The notes under the pieces were generated by a model, which searched no databases, was not told the DNA's origin, and saw only the letters and a list, made by a program, of their open reading frames with translations. A stretch of 64,000 nt of DNA from Promethearchaeota archaeon (GTDB lineage Archaea > Asgardarchaeota > Lokiarchaeia > Sigyniarchaeales > SOKP01): NCBI GenBank assembly GCA_048937405.1, contig JBHLNF010000002.1, positions 256,001 through 320,000 on the forward strand, given 5' to 3'. The position numbers and the translations under genes are program-made. Positions 1-11,788 of the stretch are shown one piece after another. Position 1 is the first letter of the stretch. The number at the start of each line of letters is the position of its first letter.

Positions 1-2
1 AT

Positions 3-557
3 GCAGGAGATAAAAGAAAATGGGCAATTAAATTAACTATATTAGGTGATGCTGCAGTAGGAAAAACTTCTTTAATTGATAAATATATTACAGATTCCTT
101 CAAGGAAAATTATCAACCAACCTTAGGTGTTAACATTGTAACCAAAGATATACGAATTAAAGATAATAATTCCGACGTTCGTTTGCTTCTTTGGGATATT
201 GCGGGACAAGATAAATATGAATTAACACGTCAAATGTTTTTTCAAGGATGTACTGGATCGCTTTTAGTATATGATATGACAAGATATTCTACATTTGAAC
301 GGATTAAAACTAAATGGCTCAAGGATTTTCAGAAGTATGGCAGACAGGATGGAATATATATATTAATTGGTAATAAATCAGATTTGAAAGACTCAATTAA
401 AGTATCATCGGAAGAGGGAGAATTATTATCAAAAGAGATTAATGCAGTAGAATTCATTGAAACCTCTGCTAAATATGGTGAAAATGTTGAAAAAGCTTTT
501 AAATCTTTAGTATCTCATGTATTAGGAAAATTTGGTGTTAAAATAGATTTTGAATAA
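3..557 (+). CDS. Rab/Ras-like small GTPase, 5' end cut by the window edge
   Basis: The frame is open from base 3 (AGDKRKWAIKLTILGDAAVGKTS...), so the listed 183 start is internal. G1 GDAAVGKT, G3 WDIAGQD, G4 NKSD, G5 ETSAK. Confidence 0.93.
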   Translation, partial: AGDKRKWAIKLTILGDAAVGKTSLIDKYITDSFKENYQPTLGVNIVTKDIRIKDNNSDVRLLLWDIAGQDKYELTRQMFFQGCTGSLLVYDMTRYSTFERIKTKWLKDFQKYGRQDGIYILIGNKSDLKDSIKVSSEEGELLSKEINAVEFIETSAKYGENVEKAFKSLVSHVLGKFGVKIDFE

Positions 558-603
558 GAATGAATTTATAAAGATAAAAAATAATATATTATAACATATC
601 AAA

Positions 604-1170
604 ATGATAGGGGACTATAAAGGATTCGTAAAGAATAAAGTTGTAGTAGCGCTACTCCAAGCATATCATGATATACTTGATTATGATGGAATGAAATCTA
701 TTTTAAGAGAAGCAGAAATGATGCATTTAAAGGATGTACACACTATGAGTCCTAATGACTCAATGGATTTCTTTTCTTTCAAAAAAGTCATTTCTGCTCA
801 AAATTGTCTATTATATGATTCATCTATACTTCTTTTTGAGATTGGAAAAAAATTCTCTTTTTACTTATTTCCTTTTGGAATTAGTTTTAAAGAAATAATT
901 GAGAAAATTAATTCATTAATTAATACGGATTGGAAAGTTGAAATTATCGGAAATAACACAAATGAAATCATAGTTCGAGTAGATAAATGCATATTTTGTT
1001 CTGAAATTGGAGTTCCTTGCGATTTATTTGTGGGATTCCTAGTTAATTCTTTACAAAAATCATTACCCTCAGAACAGGTTGTTAACTATGAAATAGATAA
1101 ACAAGATACAAATGATCCGAGTCACAATAATTATATTATTAAACTAAAAATTAGAAGATACATTAAATAA
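604..1170 (+). CDS. V4R (4-vinyl reductase/Bet3-like) domain protein
   Basis: N-terminal LLQAYHDILDYDGMKSILREA pattern and VRVDKCIFC...PCDLFVGFL motif typical of V4R proteins; the C-terminal Cys pair is absent. Confidence 0.65.
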   Translation: MIGDYKGFVKNKVVVALLQAYHDILDYDGMKSILREAEMMHLKDVHTMSPNDSMDFFSFKKVISAQNCLLYDSSILLFEIGKKFSFYLFPFGISFKEIIEKINSLINTDWKVEIIGNNTNEIIVRVDKCIFCSEIGVPCDLFVGFLVNSLQKSLPSEQVVNYEIDKQDTNDPSHNNYIIKLKIRRYIK

Positions 1171-1279
1171 ATTTATAGCAAAGATAATAATTGAAATCCT
1201 CTTTAAAGAATAAAGACTTTCTTTTAAAAACTAGAAATAAAGTATTAAATAGACATACAACAAAGTTATTAATTGCATA

Positions 1280-1837
1280 ATGATTAAAGAAGAAGAGTCT
1301 AGAGATCTAAGAGAATTTGTATTTAAAATAGTAATTATTGGAGATGCTGCTGTAGGTAAAACTTCTTTAATAAATCAATTTGTAGAGAGTTCCTTTACTG
1401 AGGATTATAAACCTACACTTGGAGCTAATATAGTTCGCAAAGATGTAAATTTAGATAACACAAAAGTTAGATTGATAATCTGGGACCTCGCAGGTCAAGA
1501 AAAATATCGTGTAGTTCGGAGTATGTACTTTCAGGGATGCGAAGGAGCTCTCCTTGTTTATGATGTTACAAGATATAGTACATTGGATAACATCAACAAT
1601 AAATGGTTAAAAGATTATAAAAAACATGTAAAAAAAATGGGAGCGTTTATATTAATTGGAAACAAGACCGATTTAAAAGATCAGGTAGCAGTTCCAACAG
1701 AAAAAGGAGAAGAAGTGGCGAAAAAAATAAAAGCGAGCTATTTTATAGAAACATCAGCAAAACTCGGAGAAAATATTGAAACAGCATTTTCTCTTTTAGT
1801 GAGTCAAATTTTAAGTAATCATAATGTAATAGTTTAA
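1280..1837 (+). CDS. Rab-like small GTPase
   Basis: GDAAVGKT, WDLAGQE, NKTD, ETSAK; no C-terminal Cys for prenylation. Confidence 0.95.
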   Translation: MIKEEESRDLREFVFKIVIIGDAAVGKTSLINQFVESSFTEDYKPTLGANIVRKDVNLDNTKVRLIIWDLAGQEKYRVVRSMYFQGCEGALLVYDVTRYSTLDNINNKWLKDYKKHVKKMGAFILIGNKTDLKDQVAVPTEKGEEVAKKIKASYFIETSAKLGENIETAFSLLVSQILSNHNVIV

Positions 1838-1926
1838 AAAGCTTTAATAGTTTCAAAAAACTCTTTTTTGTATTATTTAATTGAGAACTAAATCAATCTT
1901 TATTAATTAAGAAGAGTAGATTTATT

Positions 1927-3078
1927 ATGAAAGAAACATCTCTTAGAGTAGCTAAAGCTCCTAAATCAGCAATTAGAGAATTATTTGATCTTGCTTCGGG
2001 GCGTTCAGATATTATTAGTTTAGGGATCGGACAACCAGATTTTATAACACCCGAAGCAGTAATACAGGGAAATATTAATGCATTAAAGAACAAAATCACT
2101 ACATATGCTCCTACTAAAGGAGTACCAGAGTTATTAGAATTGTTAGAGAAAAAAGTCAAGAAAATAAATGGCATTAATACAATTTGGAAAGATAATATAA
2201 TAGTCACAAATGGTGGTAGTCAAGCAATTACTTTAGCATTTGCTTCAATTTTTAATCCTGGTGATGAATTAATAATTTCTTCACCGAATTTTATCTCCTA
2301 CTTCTATTGTGCTGTGTTTTTTGGAGTAAAAGCAGTTGAAGTTGAAAGAAACAAAGATTTTAGTCTTAACATTGAAGGAATACAAGACGCAATTACATCT
2401 AAAACTAAGGCGATATTACTTAATTCTCCAAATAATCCAACGGGTTATGCATTAACATCAAGTGAATTGAAAAAAATTGTTGAAATGACCATTGAAAATG
2501 ATTTATATTTAATTTCAGATGAAGTATATGAAAATTACATTTATGATGGATTAAAGCATGTAAGTCCAGCCTCTTTAAATGGAATGTTTGAAAGAACTAT
2601 TACATTAAATGCAATGTCAAAAATATTCTCAGCTACAGGATTTAGACTTGGATATGTTGTTGCTTCAAAAGAAATCATAGATTTAATGGAAAAGTTTCAC
2701 CAATATACAGTAGCGGGAACAAATCATGCGGCTCAATATGGATTTATTGAAGGTTTAAAAATGAATATTGGATTTTTTGAAGAAATTTTAAATAGTTTTG
2801 ATGAGAGGCGAAATCTGGTTTATAATAGATTGAAAGAGATTGGTTTTGATGTTGTAAAGCCAAGTGGTGCTTTTTACATTATGCCCTCAACAAAAAATTT
2901 TAATATCACTGGAAAAGAATTTTCATTAAAGCTTATGAAAGAACAGGCAGTTGCAGTTGTTCCTGGAGGTATCTTTGGTTCCTTTTCCGATTATATGATA
3001 AGGATATCCTATGCTACCGAAATTGAGAAACTTAAGGAAGCCTTGATAAGAATTGAGAAGTTTGTTCAAAATCTCTAA
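1927..3078 (+). CDS. PLP-dependent aminotransferase class I/II (aspartate aminotransferase-like)
   Basis: GQPDF, NSPNNPTG, SDEVY and SKIFSATGFRLGY (PLP lysine). Confidence 0.95.
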   Translation: MKETSLRVAKAPKSAIRELFDLASGRSDIISLGIGQPDFITPEAVIQGNINALKNKITTYAPTKGVPELLELLEKKVKKINGINTIWKDNIIVTNGGSQAITLAFASIFNPGDELIISSPNFISYFYCAVFFGVKAVEVERNKDFSLNIEGIQDAITSKTKAILLNSPNNPTGYALTSSELKKIVEMTIENDLYLISDEVYENYIYDGLKHVSPASLNGMFERTITLNAMSKIFSATGFRLGYVVASKEIIDLMEKFHQYTVAGTNHAAQYGFIEGLKMNIGFFEEILNSFDERRNLVYNRLKEIGFDVVKPSGAFYIMPSTKNFNITGKEFSLKLMKEQAVAVVPGGIFGSFSDYMIRISYATEIEKLKEALIRIEKFVQNL

Positions 3079-3177
3079 TTTTTATTTTTAAAAATTTAAA
3101 TCATTAAGATATTTGGTTTAATAATATAGAACCAAAAATTTAAATAAAAATATAAAAAATTCTCATGAATAACTTAG

Positions 3178-5463
<2,286 letters not shown>

Positions 5464-5572
5464 CTAACGAATAAGTTATCATATTTTGGAAAATAAATTT
5501 ATCTAAATACAAGTAAAAAAAGTAAATTATGTTTTATTTTCTTTTTCTTTAATTTTTATAAAAGTTAAAATA

Positions 5573-6394
5573 TTAGAGTTTTTCTGAAACTTTGATATTT
5601 AGTTTTTTTTCTAAAAACTTTTTAAATGTAATTAAAATTTCAGATTTTTTAAGTGCTTTATTTCTATTTTCCTTTACATAATCCTTTCGCAGCTTAATAA
5701 TCTTCTTTTTTAAAGGTAAATAAGTCGAATTATGCAAAAGAGAACTTACATAAATCCTTGTGATTTTATCTAGACTTTCATTATCCAAATTTTTTTGATT
5801 ATTATTTAAAACTAGCACTTCTAATTTGGTATTCCTGCTCTTTCTTTTTTTTTGTATTTTGGCTAAAGTTTCATTAATTATATGATTCAAATCTTTATCT
5901 CTTGATAGATCGTACACCAAATCTGGTCTATCCCATTTATACTTATTAAACTCATCAATTCTTTCATTAATTTTTTTAATTACATTGTTTGGAATTGGAT
6001 TACCTCGATAATTATTCCACTTAAGACAAATTTCAATAGGAGTTGCCACATATATCATAAAAAACATTAAATTAAGCATTTCAGCAATAACTTTCAATTC
6101 ATGTCTCATACTAGTATAATAATTTAAATCATCACTAATTACGATATTGCCTCTTTCCAATTCCCTCCTTATTACATTTAGATTTTCCTTTCTAATAATC
6201 TGTTCTTTATCGTGATCAAATTCATCTGGGGTCAGATTGTGCCTTATAATGTCTGGATCTACGATTTTAACATTCAAATTATCAAATTTTTTTGTAAGAC
6301 CTATTTTTAAAGCATTAGCAAAGGTACTTTTTCCTGAAGCTGGGAGACCTACTAAACATATTAAAAAGTTTTGGTTAACCAATAATAAAATCAA
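5573..6394 (-). CDS. pstK: O-phosphoseryl-tRNA(Sec) kinase / KTI12-family P-loop kinase
   Basis: GLPASGKST, DIIR, DDLNYYTSMRHEL, WDRP and a helical C-terminal domain. Confidence 0.8.
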   Translation of the reverse strand: MILLLVNQNFLICLVGLPASGKSTFANALKIGLTKKFDNLNVKIVDPDIIRHNLTPDEFDHDKEQIIRKENLNVIRRELERGNIVISDDLNYYTSMRHELKVIAEMLNLMFFMIYVATPIEICLKWNNYRGNPIPNNVIKKINERIDEFNKYKWDRPDLVYDLSRDKDLNHIINETLAKIQKKRKSRNTKLEVLVLNNNQKNLDNESLDKITRIYVSSLLHNSTYLPLKKKIIKLRKDYVKENRNKALKKSEILITFKKFLEKKLNIKVSEKL

Positions 6395-6670
6395 CTAATT
6401 TGTGTCAATAACTATGCTTTTTATTAATTCTTTTTTTTGTTGCCTAGAAAATGATTTAATCTCTAATTCTCTCCTCATTGCTTCCTTTCTATTCTGATAA
6501 GATTCAAAATATTTTAATTCAATATGTTTTTTACCACGACAGAATTTAGCGCCAGTTCCGGCTCTATGTTCATGCCATCTTCTGTATAGATTATTTGTAT
6601 ATCCAGTGTAATACATTACTCTTCCATTTTTAGCAAGAACCTCTAAAATATACACATAATAGACAACCAT
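6395..6670 (-). CDS. GIY-YIG nuclease family protein (YhbQ/UPF0213-like)
   Basis: YVYIL...YYTGYTNNLYRRWHEH...GAKF...AMRRELEIK. Confidence 0.9.
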   Translation of the reverse strand: MVVYYVYILEVLAKNGRVMYYTGYTNNLYRRWHEHRAGTGAKFCRGKKHIELKYFESYQNRKEAMRRELEIKSFSRQQKKELIKSIVIDTN

Positions 6671-6875
6671 ATCGAAACCTCTAGGTAATAGATCGATATT
6701 GTTCTATTTATTTTTTTAGTTCATTTCTGTAAATATAGTTAAAAGTTTCAAGTTTACGGGTAAATATTTATATTACAATATCATATTTGATTAATTAAGT
6801 AATTAAGAATTAACTTATTAATTATCAACTATTATTTTATTATTAAGATTTAAACTGGGTTTTATTCGATAAACA

Positions 6876-7508
6876 ATGCCAAATGGTATTTTTCTAATTC
6901 AATGGGATGAAGTGGAGGGTGGTATGGTTTATTTAAAATATCCCGATGATTTAGAGATCCCAAACCCTGTTGTCCAGCAAATTACAATATCACATAATTT
7001 TACAGAATCTTATATAATTACAGAAGAAAAAAATTGGAACTCAGTTTCTTATTATAATGAAAATAAAGAATTAATCGTTGTTTTGGTTTTAAGTAAATAC
7101 GATGATGGAAATGATTATTTAGAAATTCTTGAAAAATTCAATAGGGAAATTGATAAATTAAACGAACAGAAACTAAAAGAAAATTTAGAAGCCATGTTTC
7201 ATATCAGTCTAGATGCCTTTCGTACAACTGATGAAGTAATTACTAAACTAAGCAATGAAGTAGCATATCTTAAAACAAGAGAATATGATTTTGGAGTAAA
7301 ATTTGATTTTATAACTAGATCAAATCACTTATCAGTGAAAAGTAAAATTTTGTTTCTATTAGCAATAAATGAATATGTAACCTTCGAAGACTTCGAAAAA
7401 GTAATAAAAACAAGTAAACGATGGTTTCAAAACGTACTTGAAACACTTGTAAAAAATAAAGTTGTTGGATATGATTCTAACAAAGATAGTTATTTTTTAA
7501 GAGTATGA
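6876..7508 (+). CDS. Longin/uDENN-like N-terminal domain, coiled coil and C-terminal winged helix
   Basis: IFLIQWDEVEGGMVYLKYP resembles the F-D-x-x-x-G-P...YP start of uDENN/longin folds; the C-terminus (KILFLL...VLETLVKNKVVGYDSNKDSYFL) fits a wHTH. Confidence 0.55.
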   Translation: MPNGIFLIQWDEVEGGMVYLKYPDDLEIPNPVVQQITISHNFTESYIITEEKNWNSVSYYNENKELIVVLVLSKYDDGNDYLEILEKFNREIDKLNEQKLKENLEAMFHISLDAFRTTDEVITKLSNEVAYLKTREYDFGVKFDFITRSNHLSVKSKILFLLAINEYVTFEDFEKVIKTSKRWFQNVLETLVKNKVVGYDSNKDSYFLRV

Positions 7509-7786
7509 AAACTACGAGGATAAAAATTAAGGTATTTGGATATGTTCAAGGTGTATTTTTTCGATATACAACTCGGAAAATCGCCCGAAGTCTTGGATTA
7601 ACTGGATATGTTAAAAATATGCCTGATGGTACTGTGTATATCGAAGCTCAAGGACCTGAGGATAAAATAATTGAATTATTAGAATTTTCTAAAAAAGGAC
7701 CAAAACATGCTCAAGTAGATAATGTTGAATACAAATATTTTGAGCCCACAAACAAATTTAAAGGATTTGATTATCAGTTTGAATAG
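7505..7786 (+). CDS. acyP: Acylphosphatase
   Basis: GYVQGVFFRY, GYVKNMPDGTV, KGPKHAQV. Confidence 0.95.
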   Translation: MKTTRIKIKVFGYVQGVFFRYTTRKIARSLGLTGYVKNMPDGTVYIEAQGPEDKIIELLEFSKKGPKHAQVDNVEYKYFEPTNKFKGFDYQFE

Positions 7787-7844
7787 TTAATATGATATCT
7801 CCGTAATACACCCTTTGAAAAATGAGTGATTAAATTCTATATTT

Positions 7845-8183
7845 ATGTCGGTGTATTTAAAACGATATAACTATTTAAAAATGTTTCAATTACTCCATCA
7901 TACTAAAATTAGATTTCAGACACCGTTAATAATAAGAATGTTTGGAATATTAAATCAGGTAAATATGCGAAATGAAAATCGGTATATATTATGCAATTTT
8001 CTTGATCAAAATAGTGACCAAATAGGGTTAACTGAAGATATTTATGATCTTAATAATAAAATATCTCTTAATCAATTGTTTCTATTGGCTTTTAATAAAG
8101 CTAAAGAATATAATTTAGTAAATGCTTTATATAAAGAATATATTGATTCTATTGGTGCTATAAAAGGGAAGAAATCATTTTAA
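7845..8183 (+). CDS. Hypothetical protein (start may be the Met at 7881)
   Basis: Host-like ORF with no recognisable motif. Confidence 0.6.
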   Translation: MSVYLKRYNYLKMFQLLHHTKIRFQTPLIIRMFGILNQVNMRNENRYILCNFLDQNSDQIGLTEDIYDLNNKISLNQLFLLAFNKAKEYNLVNALYKEYIDSIGAIKGKKSF

Positions 8184-8247
8184 TGCTACTTCTTATTAAG
8201 ATTTTTAGACAATAGAATTTAAATGAAAGAAAAAAAACTGAAATAAA

Positions 8248-8910
8248 TTAAATAAAGGTTATATCTTGATATTCTGAATCTCCAATATCCGTTTTTGCTA
8301 CTCCCAATTCCCTAACCTGTTGGTTTAACTTTAGGACAGCATCTCTTACAATTTCTTTTTGTTTTGCTCCAGTACAAACTATGCGTCCTGTGCTGAATAT
8401 CAAAAATACAGTCTTAGGGTCTTGCATTCTATAAATTAATCCTGGAAATACTTCAGGTTCATACATAGCATATTCCATAACGATTGCAGCCATGTTTAAA
8501 TCAATATTTGTATGTAAATCCCCTGAAGCTACAATATTTTGAATAGTAATTTCTGGATTTGATAATTTTATTCCTGCTTTTCTGATATTTTTAACAACTT
8601 TATCAACTACTCGTTCTGCCTCTGAAGCTTGCCTAAGACCTGTTACCACCATTTTACCTGTTGAAAATATTAAAATTGTTGCTCGAGGTTTTTCAATCCG
8701 CATTACAAGTCCAGGAAAGCGTTCAGGATTATACTCTACTTCCTCATGACGTCTTGCTATCTGATTTAAATCAATTTTTTCTGTGATTTCGACTGTAACT
8801 GTAGCTACTACATTTTCAATTTTATAATCTAAATCCGTCTCATAGTCATATTCTTTTTCTTCTTCTTCTTCCTCTTCTTCAAAATCTTCATCAAATTCTT
8901 CTTCTGACAT
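8248..8910 (-). CDS. tbp: TATA-box binding protein
   Basis: Two TBP repeats (YNPERFPGLVMR...LIFSTGKMVVTG and YEPEVFPGLIYR...LIFSTGRIVCTG); acidic N-terminal extension. Confidence 0.98.
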   Translation of the reverse strand: MSEEEFDEDFEEEEEEEEKEYDYETDLDYKIENVVATVTVEITEKIDLNQIARRHEEVEYNPERFPGLVMRIEKPRATILIFSTGKMVVTGLRQASEAERVVDKVVKNIRKAGIKLSNPEITIQNIVASGDLHTNIDLNMAAIVMEYAMYEPEVFPGLIYRMQDPKTVFLIFSTGRIVCTGAKQKEIVRDAVLKLNQQVRELGVAKTDIGDSEYQDITFI

Positions 8911-9129
8911 GATTATATTAAGTGATAATTATGATTTGAAATCTAAAAAATTAAAATAAACTTCATAACTACGTTTTTTGTTAATTTTATTTAAATAAAT
9001 CTTCCTTTATAAAGGTGGTAGATTTAAAAAAGGTTAGTGCTGAAAGCACAAAATTTTGATAGTTGTTAAGTAATTTTGATCATCAATTTTAGATAAAAAT
9101 CAATAAATCAAAATAATTGACTTAATTAT

Positions 9130-9660
9130 TTAAGTATTATTTGAAATTTGATCTAATATTCTTTTCGTTAATTCACTAAATGCTTCTTCAACATTTTCGC
9201 CTGTTTTAGCAGAAGTAATAATCATTCCTAAATTGTTTGCTTCTGCGAACTCCTTTGATTGATTTTCTGTTATTTTAATTTGATTTTTCAGATCAGATTT
9301 ATTTCCAATTAATATTATAGGAGCAGCATCTCTAGCTTCCCTGAAGTCATTTATCCAATCATTAAGTTTCTCAAATGTCTTAGAACTAGTCATATCATAG
9401 ACTAATAATGCCCCATTTGCTCCTTCTAAATATAATTTTCTTAGTGACTTAAATGATTCTTGTCCTCCGAGATCCCATATTTGAGCAGATACATCACCAT
9501 ACACCTCTATAGTCATATCTTTTTTTAAAAGGTTAACACCAAGAGTACTTTTGTAATTTTCTCTAAATTTATTTTCTATAAATCTATATACGAGTGAAGT
9601 TTTTCCCACATTGGCTTCTCCGAGTAAAGTTATCTTAATAATGTATTTTGCCTCTGTCAT
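9130..9660 (-). CDS. Rab-like small GTPase
   Basis: GEANVGKT, WDLGGQE, NKSD, TSAK. Confidence 0.95.
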   Translation of the reverse strand: MTEAKYIIKITLLGEANVGKTSLVYRFIENKFRENYKSTLGVNLLKKDMTIEVYGDVSAQIWDLGGQESFKSLRKLYLEGANGALLVYDMTSSKTFEKLNDWINDFREARDAAPIILIGNKSDLKNQIKITENQSKEFAEANNLGMIITSAKTGENVEEAFSELTKRILDQISNNT

Positions 9661-9819
9661 TAATCATAACCTAATAAAATACTAACAAAATTATTATATA
9701 TTCAAAGTATAATTTGCACTTATTAATAATTTTCTGATAAAAATTCTAAATTATACAATCAATTTTATGAGTAAGAATACCTTTCAAAAAAAGTAATAGT
9801 AAAAAAATATTATATAAAA

Positions 9820-10299
9820 TTAATCTTTCTGGAATACTATCATAAATTCACAATAATTCTCGCCGGTTTGTAAACTACATCCGAGCTCTTGAGCAAAACA
9901 ATGCCGGTCGCTTAATTTTTCTACTATTCCAGCTAATAATCCAGCTTCAAATGAACAAAAGCTTCCTGATGATTTAATTCCTTTTTTAATTAAATCTTTT
10001 ATAGATGAATGTTCTTGTAATTTTAGTTGTACAATTTCTTCACTACTTTCTGTAATCTCAACTGATCCGATGTTGAATTCAGAAATAATTCGATTTAATT
10101 CTTCTGGAATTTGAGATACATCTTTAACAGCTTTAATTTTTAGTATAGATCCTAATTCATGTCCTAAATAATAAAAAATAGCTTCAAGTTGATGTCCTAA
10201 TGCAAGTAAAGCACCTACTTTCATATCTCCGATATCTTTACCTTCTTTTAAATTTTTTTTCATTTGGGCAAGAATTTTTGATAATAATTGTCTATCCAT
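9820..10299 (-). CDS. V4R domain protein
   Basis: FCSFEAGLLAGIV...QELGC...YCEF, the canonical V4R Cys/Glu pattern. Confidence 0.88.
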   Translation of the reverse strand: MDRQLLSKILAQMKKNLKEGKDIGDMKVGALLALGHQLEAIFYYLGHELGSILKIKAVKDVSQIPEELNRIISEFNIGSVEITESSEEIVQLKLQEHSSIKDLIKKGIKSSGSFCSFEAGLLAGIVEKLSDRHCFAQELGCSLQTGENYCEFMIVFQKD

Positions 10300-10341
10300 T
10301 AAATTTCACTTTATTTTGTTTATTTTTATTTTCTTTAATGA

Positions 10342-10641
10342 TTATATTTTAACTGAAGATATAAATGCATAAAGAATCGCATCTATAATTTCCTCTTCTT
10401 GTATATTAACTGATATTCTCTTGTCTGCTATAATTAAAGTGGGTACCGAAGTTATACGATAATCTTGAGTAAACTTCCGATTTTCTTCTAAGTCAATTGA
10501 TATTTTTTCAATTCTTAATTTTTTTCCGAACAAAGATATATTTATTCTTTTTAACATTTCTTCAACTGGTTTGCATGGTGCACAATGATTTGAAGAGAAA
10601 AATAAGATTTTCGGATATCCTTGGTTGATATCATCATACAT
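10342..10641 (-). CDS. Small thioredoxin-fold protein (CxxC)
   Basis: CAPC motif and cis-Pro loop SVPTLII. Confidence 0.85.
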   Translation of the reverse strand: MYDDINQGYPKILFFSSNHCAPCKPVEEMLKRINISLFGKKLRIEKISIDLEENRKFTQDYRITSVPTLIIADKRISVNIQEEEIIDAILYAFISSVKI

Positions 10642-10644
10642 TTT

Positions 10645-11184
10645 CTAATCTTCTTTATATTTATTATATAACTCTTTAATTATTGCTTGGAATGCTTCAA
10701 AAACACCTTGTCCGGTCTTTGCAGAAGTTTTGTAATACCCAAGAAAATTCCTCTCATCTACGATTTTCTTTACTTTTTTATCATCTAAATCTTTTTCCTC
10801 AACTAAATCGGTTTTATTTCCAAATAAAACGATAGGGAGTTCTCCAGTATACTTTTTAATATCTTCATGCCAATCTAGTATACTATCAAAACTTTTCTTA
10901 TCCGTATGCGAAAATACTATGATTGCAGCCTTGCTACCCTTATAAAACGTAGGTCGCATAAAATTAAACTCATCTTGTCCAGCAATGTCCCAAAAAAATA
11001 ATTTACAATTATCTCCTTCAACTTCTTCATCATATTTTGAAAATTGTGCCCCCAACGTTTTAATATAATCTTTTTGAAAACTCCCTTGAGTATATTTTTT
11101 AATTAAGGAGGTTTTCCCTACAGCGCCATTCCCTATTACAGTTATTTTAAATACGAATCCTTTAGTAGCATCATTTTTTCCCAT
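10645..11184 (-). CDS. Rab-like small GTPase
   Basis: GNGAVGKT, WDIAGQD, NKTD, TSAK. Confidence 0.95.
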   Translation of the reverse strand: MGKNDATKGFVFKITVIGNGAVGKTSLIKKYTQGSFQKDYIKTLGAQFSKYDEEVEGDNCKLFFWDIAGQDEFNFMRPTFYKGSKAAIIVFSHTDKKSFDSILDWHEDIKKYTGELPIVLFGNKTDLVEEKDLDDKKVKKIVDERNFLGYYKTSAKTGQGVFEAFQAIIKELYNKYKED

Positions 11185-11315
11185 TTAAATCACTCTGTTA
11201 ATTTTATTTGTTAAATTCTGTTATTGTAGTAATATTTATCAAAAGTATACTATATTATTATTTTATTTAATTTTATTTTTTATTAATTTATATTAATAAT
11301 AACTACTCATTTTAA

Positions 11316-11780
11316 ATGTTTACATTGAGAGTCAAGGTTCAAGATCCAAATGATATGATGTTTTGTTCTCAATGTAAAATGAATGTTTACCCTTCAAGAC
11401 CTAAATTCAATATTGTTTTATTTGTTGTTTTAGCTATAATTATGTTATTTGTATTCACTACAATAACTCTAATATCTATGTCATTTTTTTCAGAATTTCT
11501 TCTTTTTATTTTTTTTATGTGGGGATTTTTGATAATTAATCCCTATTTAGTCTATTTTGGATTAAGGAGGAAGCAAAATTGTCCCTTATGCTTTAAAAAG
11601 GCTTCTGAAAAAAACTTAGAATATAAACCATTTGGAGAAAAAGAACCAGAGATTTATAAAAAAATAGATCCTCCTCAACAAACTAATATAAAGTGGTTTT
11701 GTCCTTATTGTGGGGTTTCTTTAAATGAGGGCGCTATATATTGTGGCTCATGTGGGAAAAAATTTGAAATTAATCAATAA
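11316..11780 (+). CDS. Membrane protein with zinc-ribbon motifs
   Basis: CSQC, two TM helices, CPLC, and a C-terminal CPYCG/CGSCG ribbon. Confidence 0.8.
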   Translation: MFTLRVKVQDPNDMMFCSQCKMNVYPSRPKFNIVLFVVLAIIMLFVFTTITLISMSFFSEFLLFIFFMWGFLIINPYLVYFGLRRKQNCPLCFKKASEKNLEYKPFGEKEPEIYKKIDPPQQTNIKWFCPYCGVSLNEGAIYCGSCGKKFEINQ

Positions 11781-11788
11781 ATTAAATT

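Noticed and set aside
6395-6670. GIY-YIG gene as a homing endonuclease or mobile element
   Set aside because: Size and motifs match the stand-alone housekeeping YhbQ-like family; no intron or repeat context.
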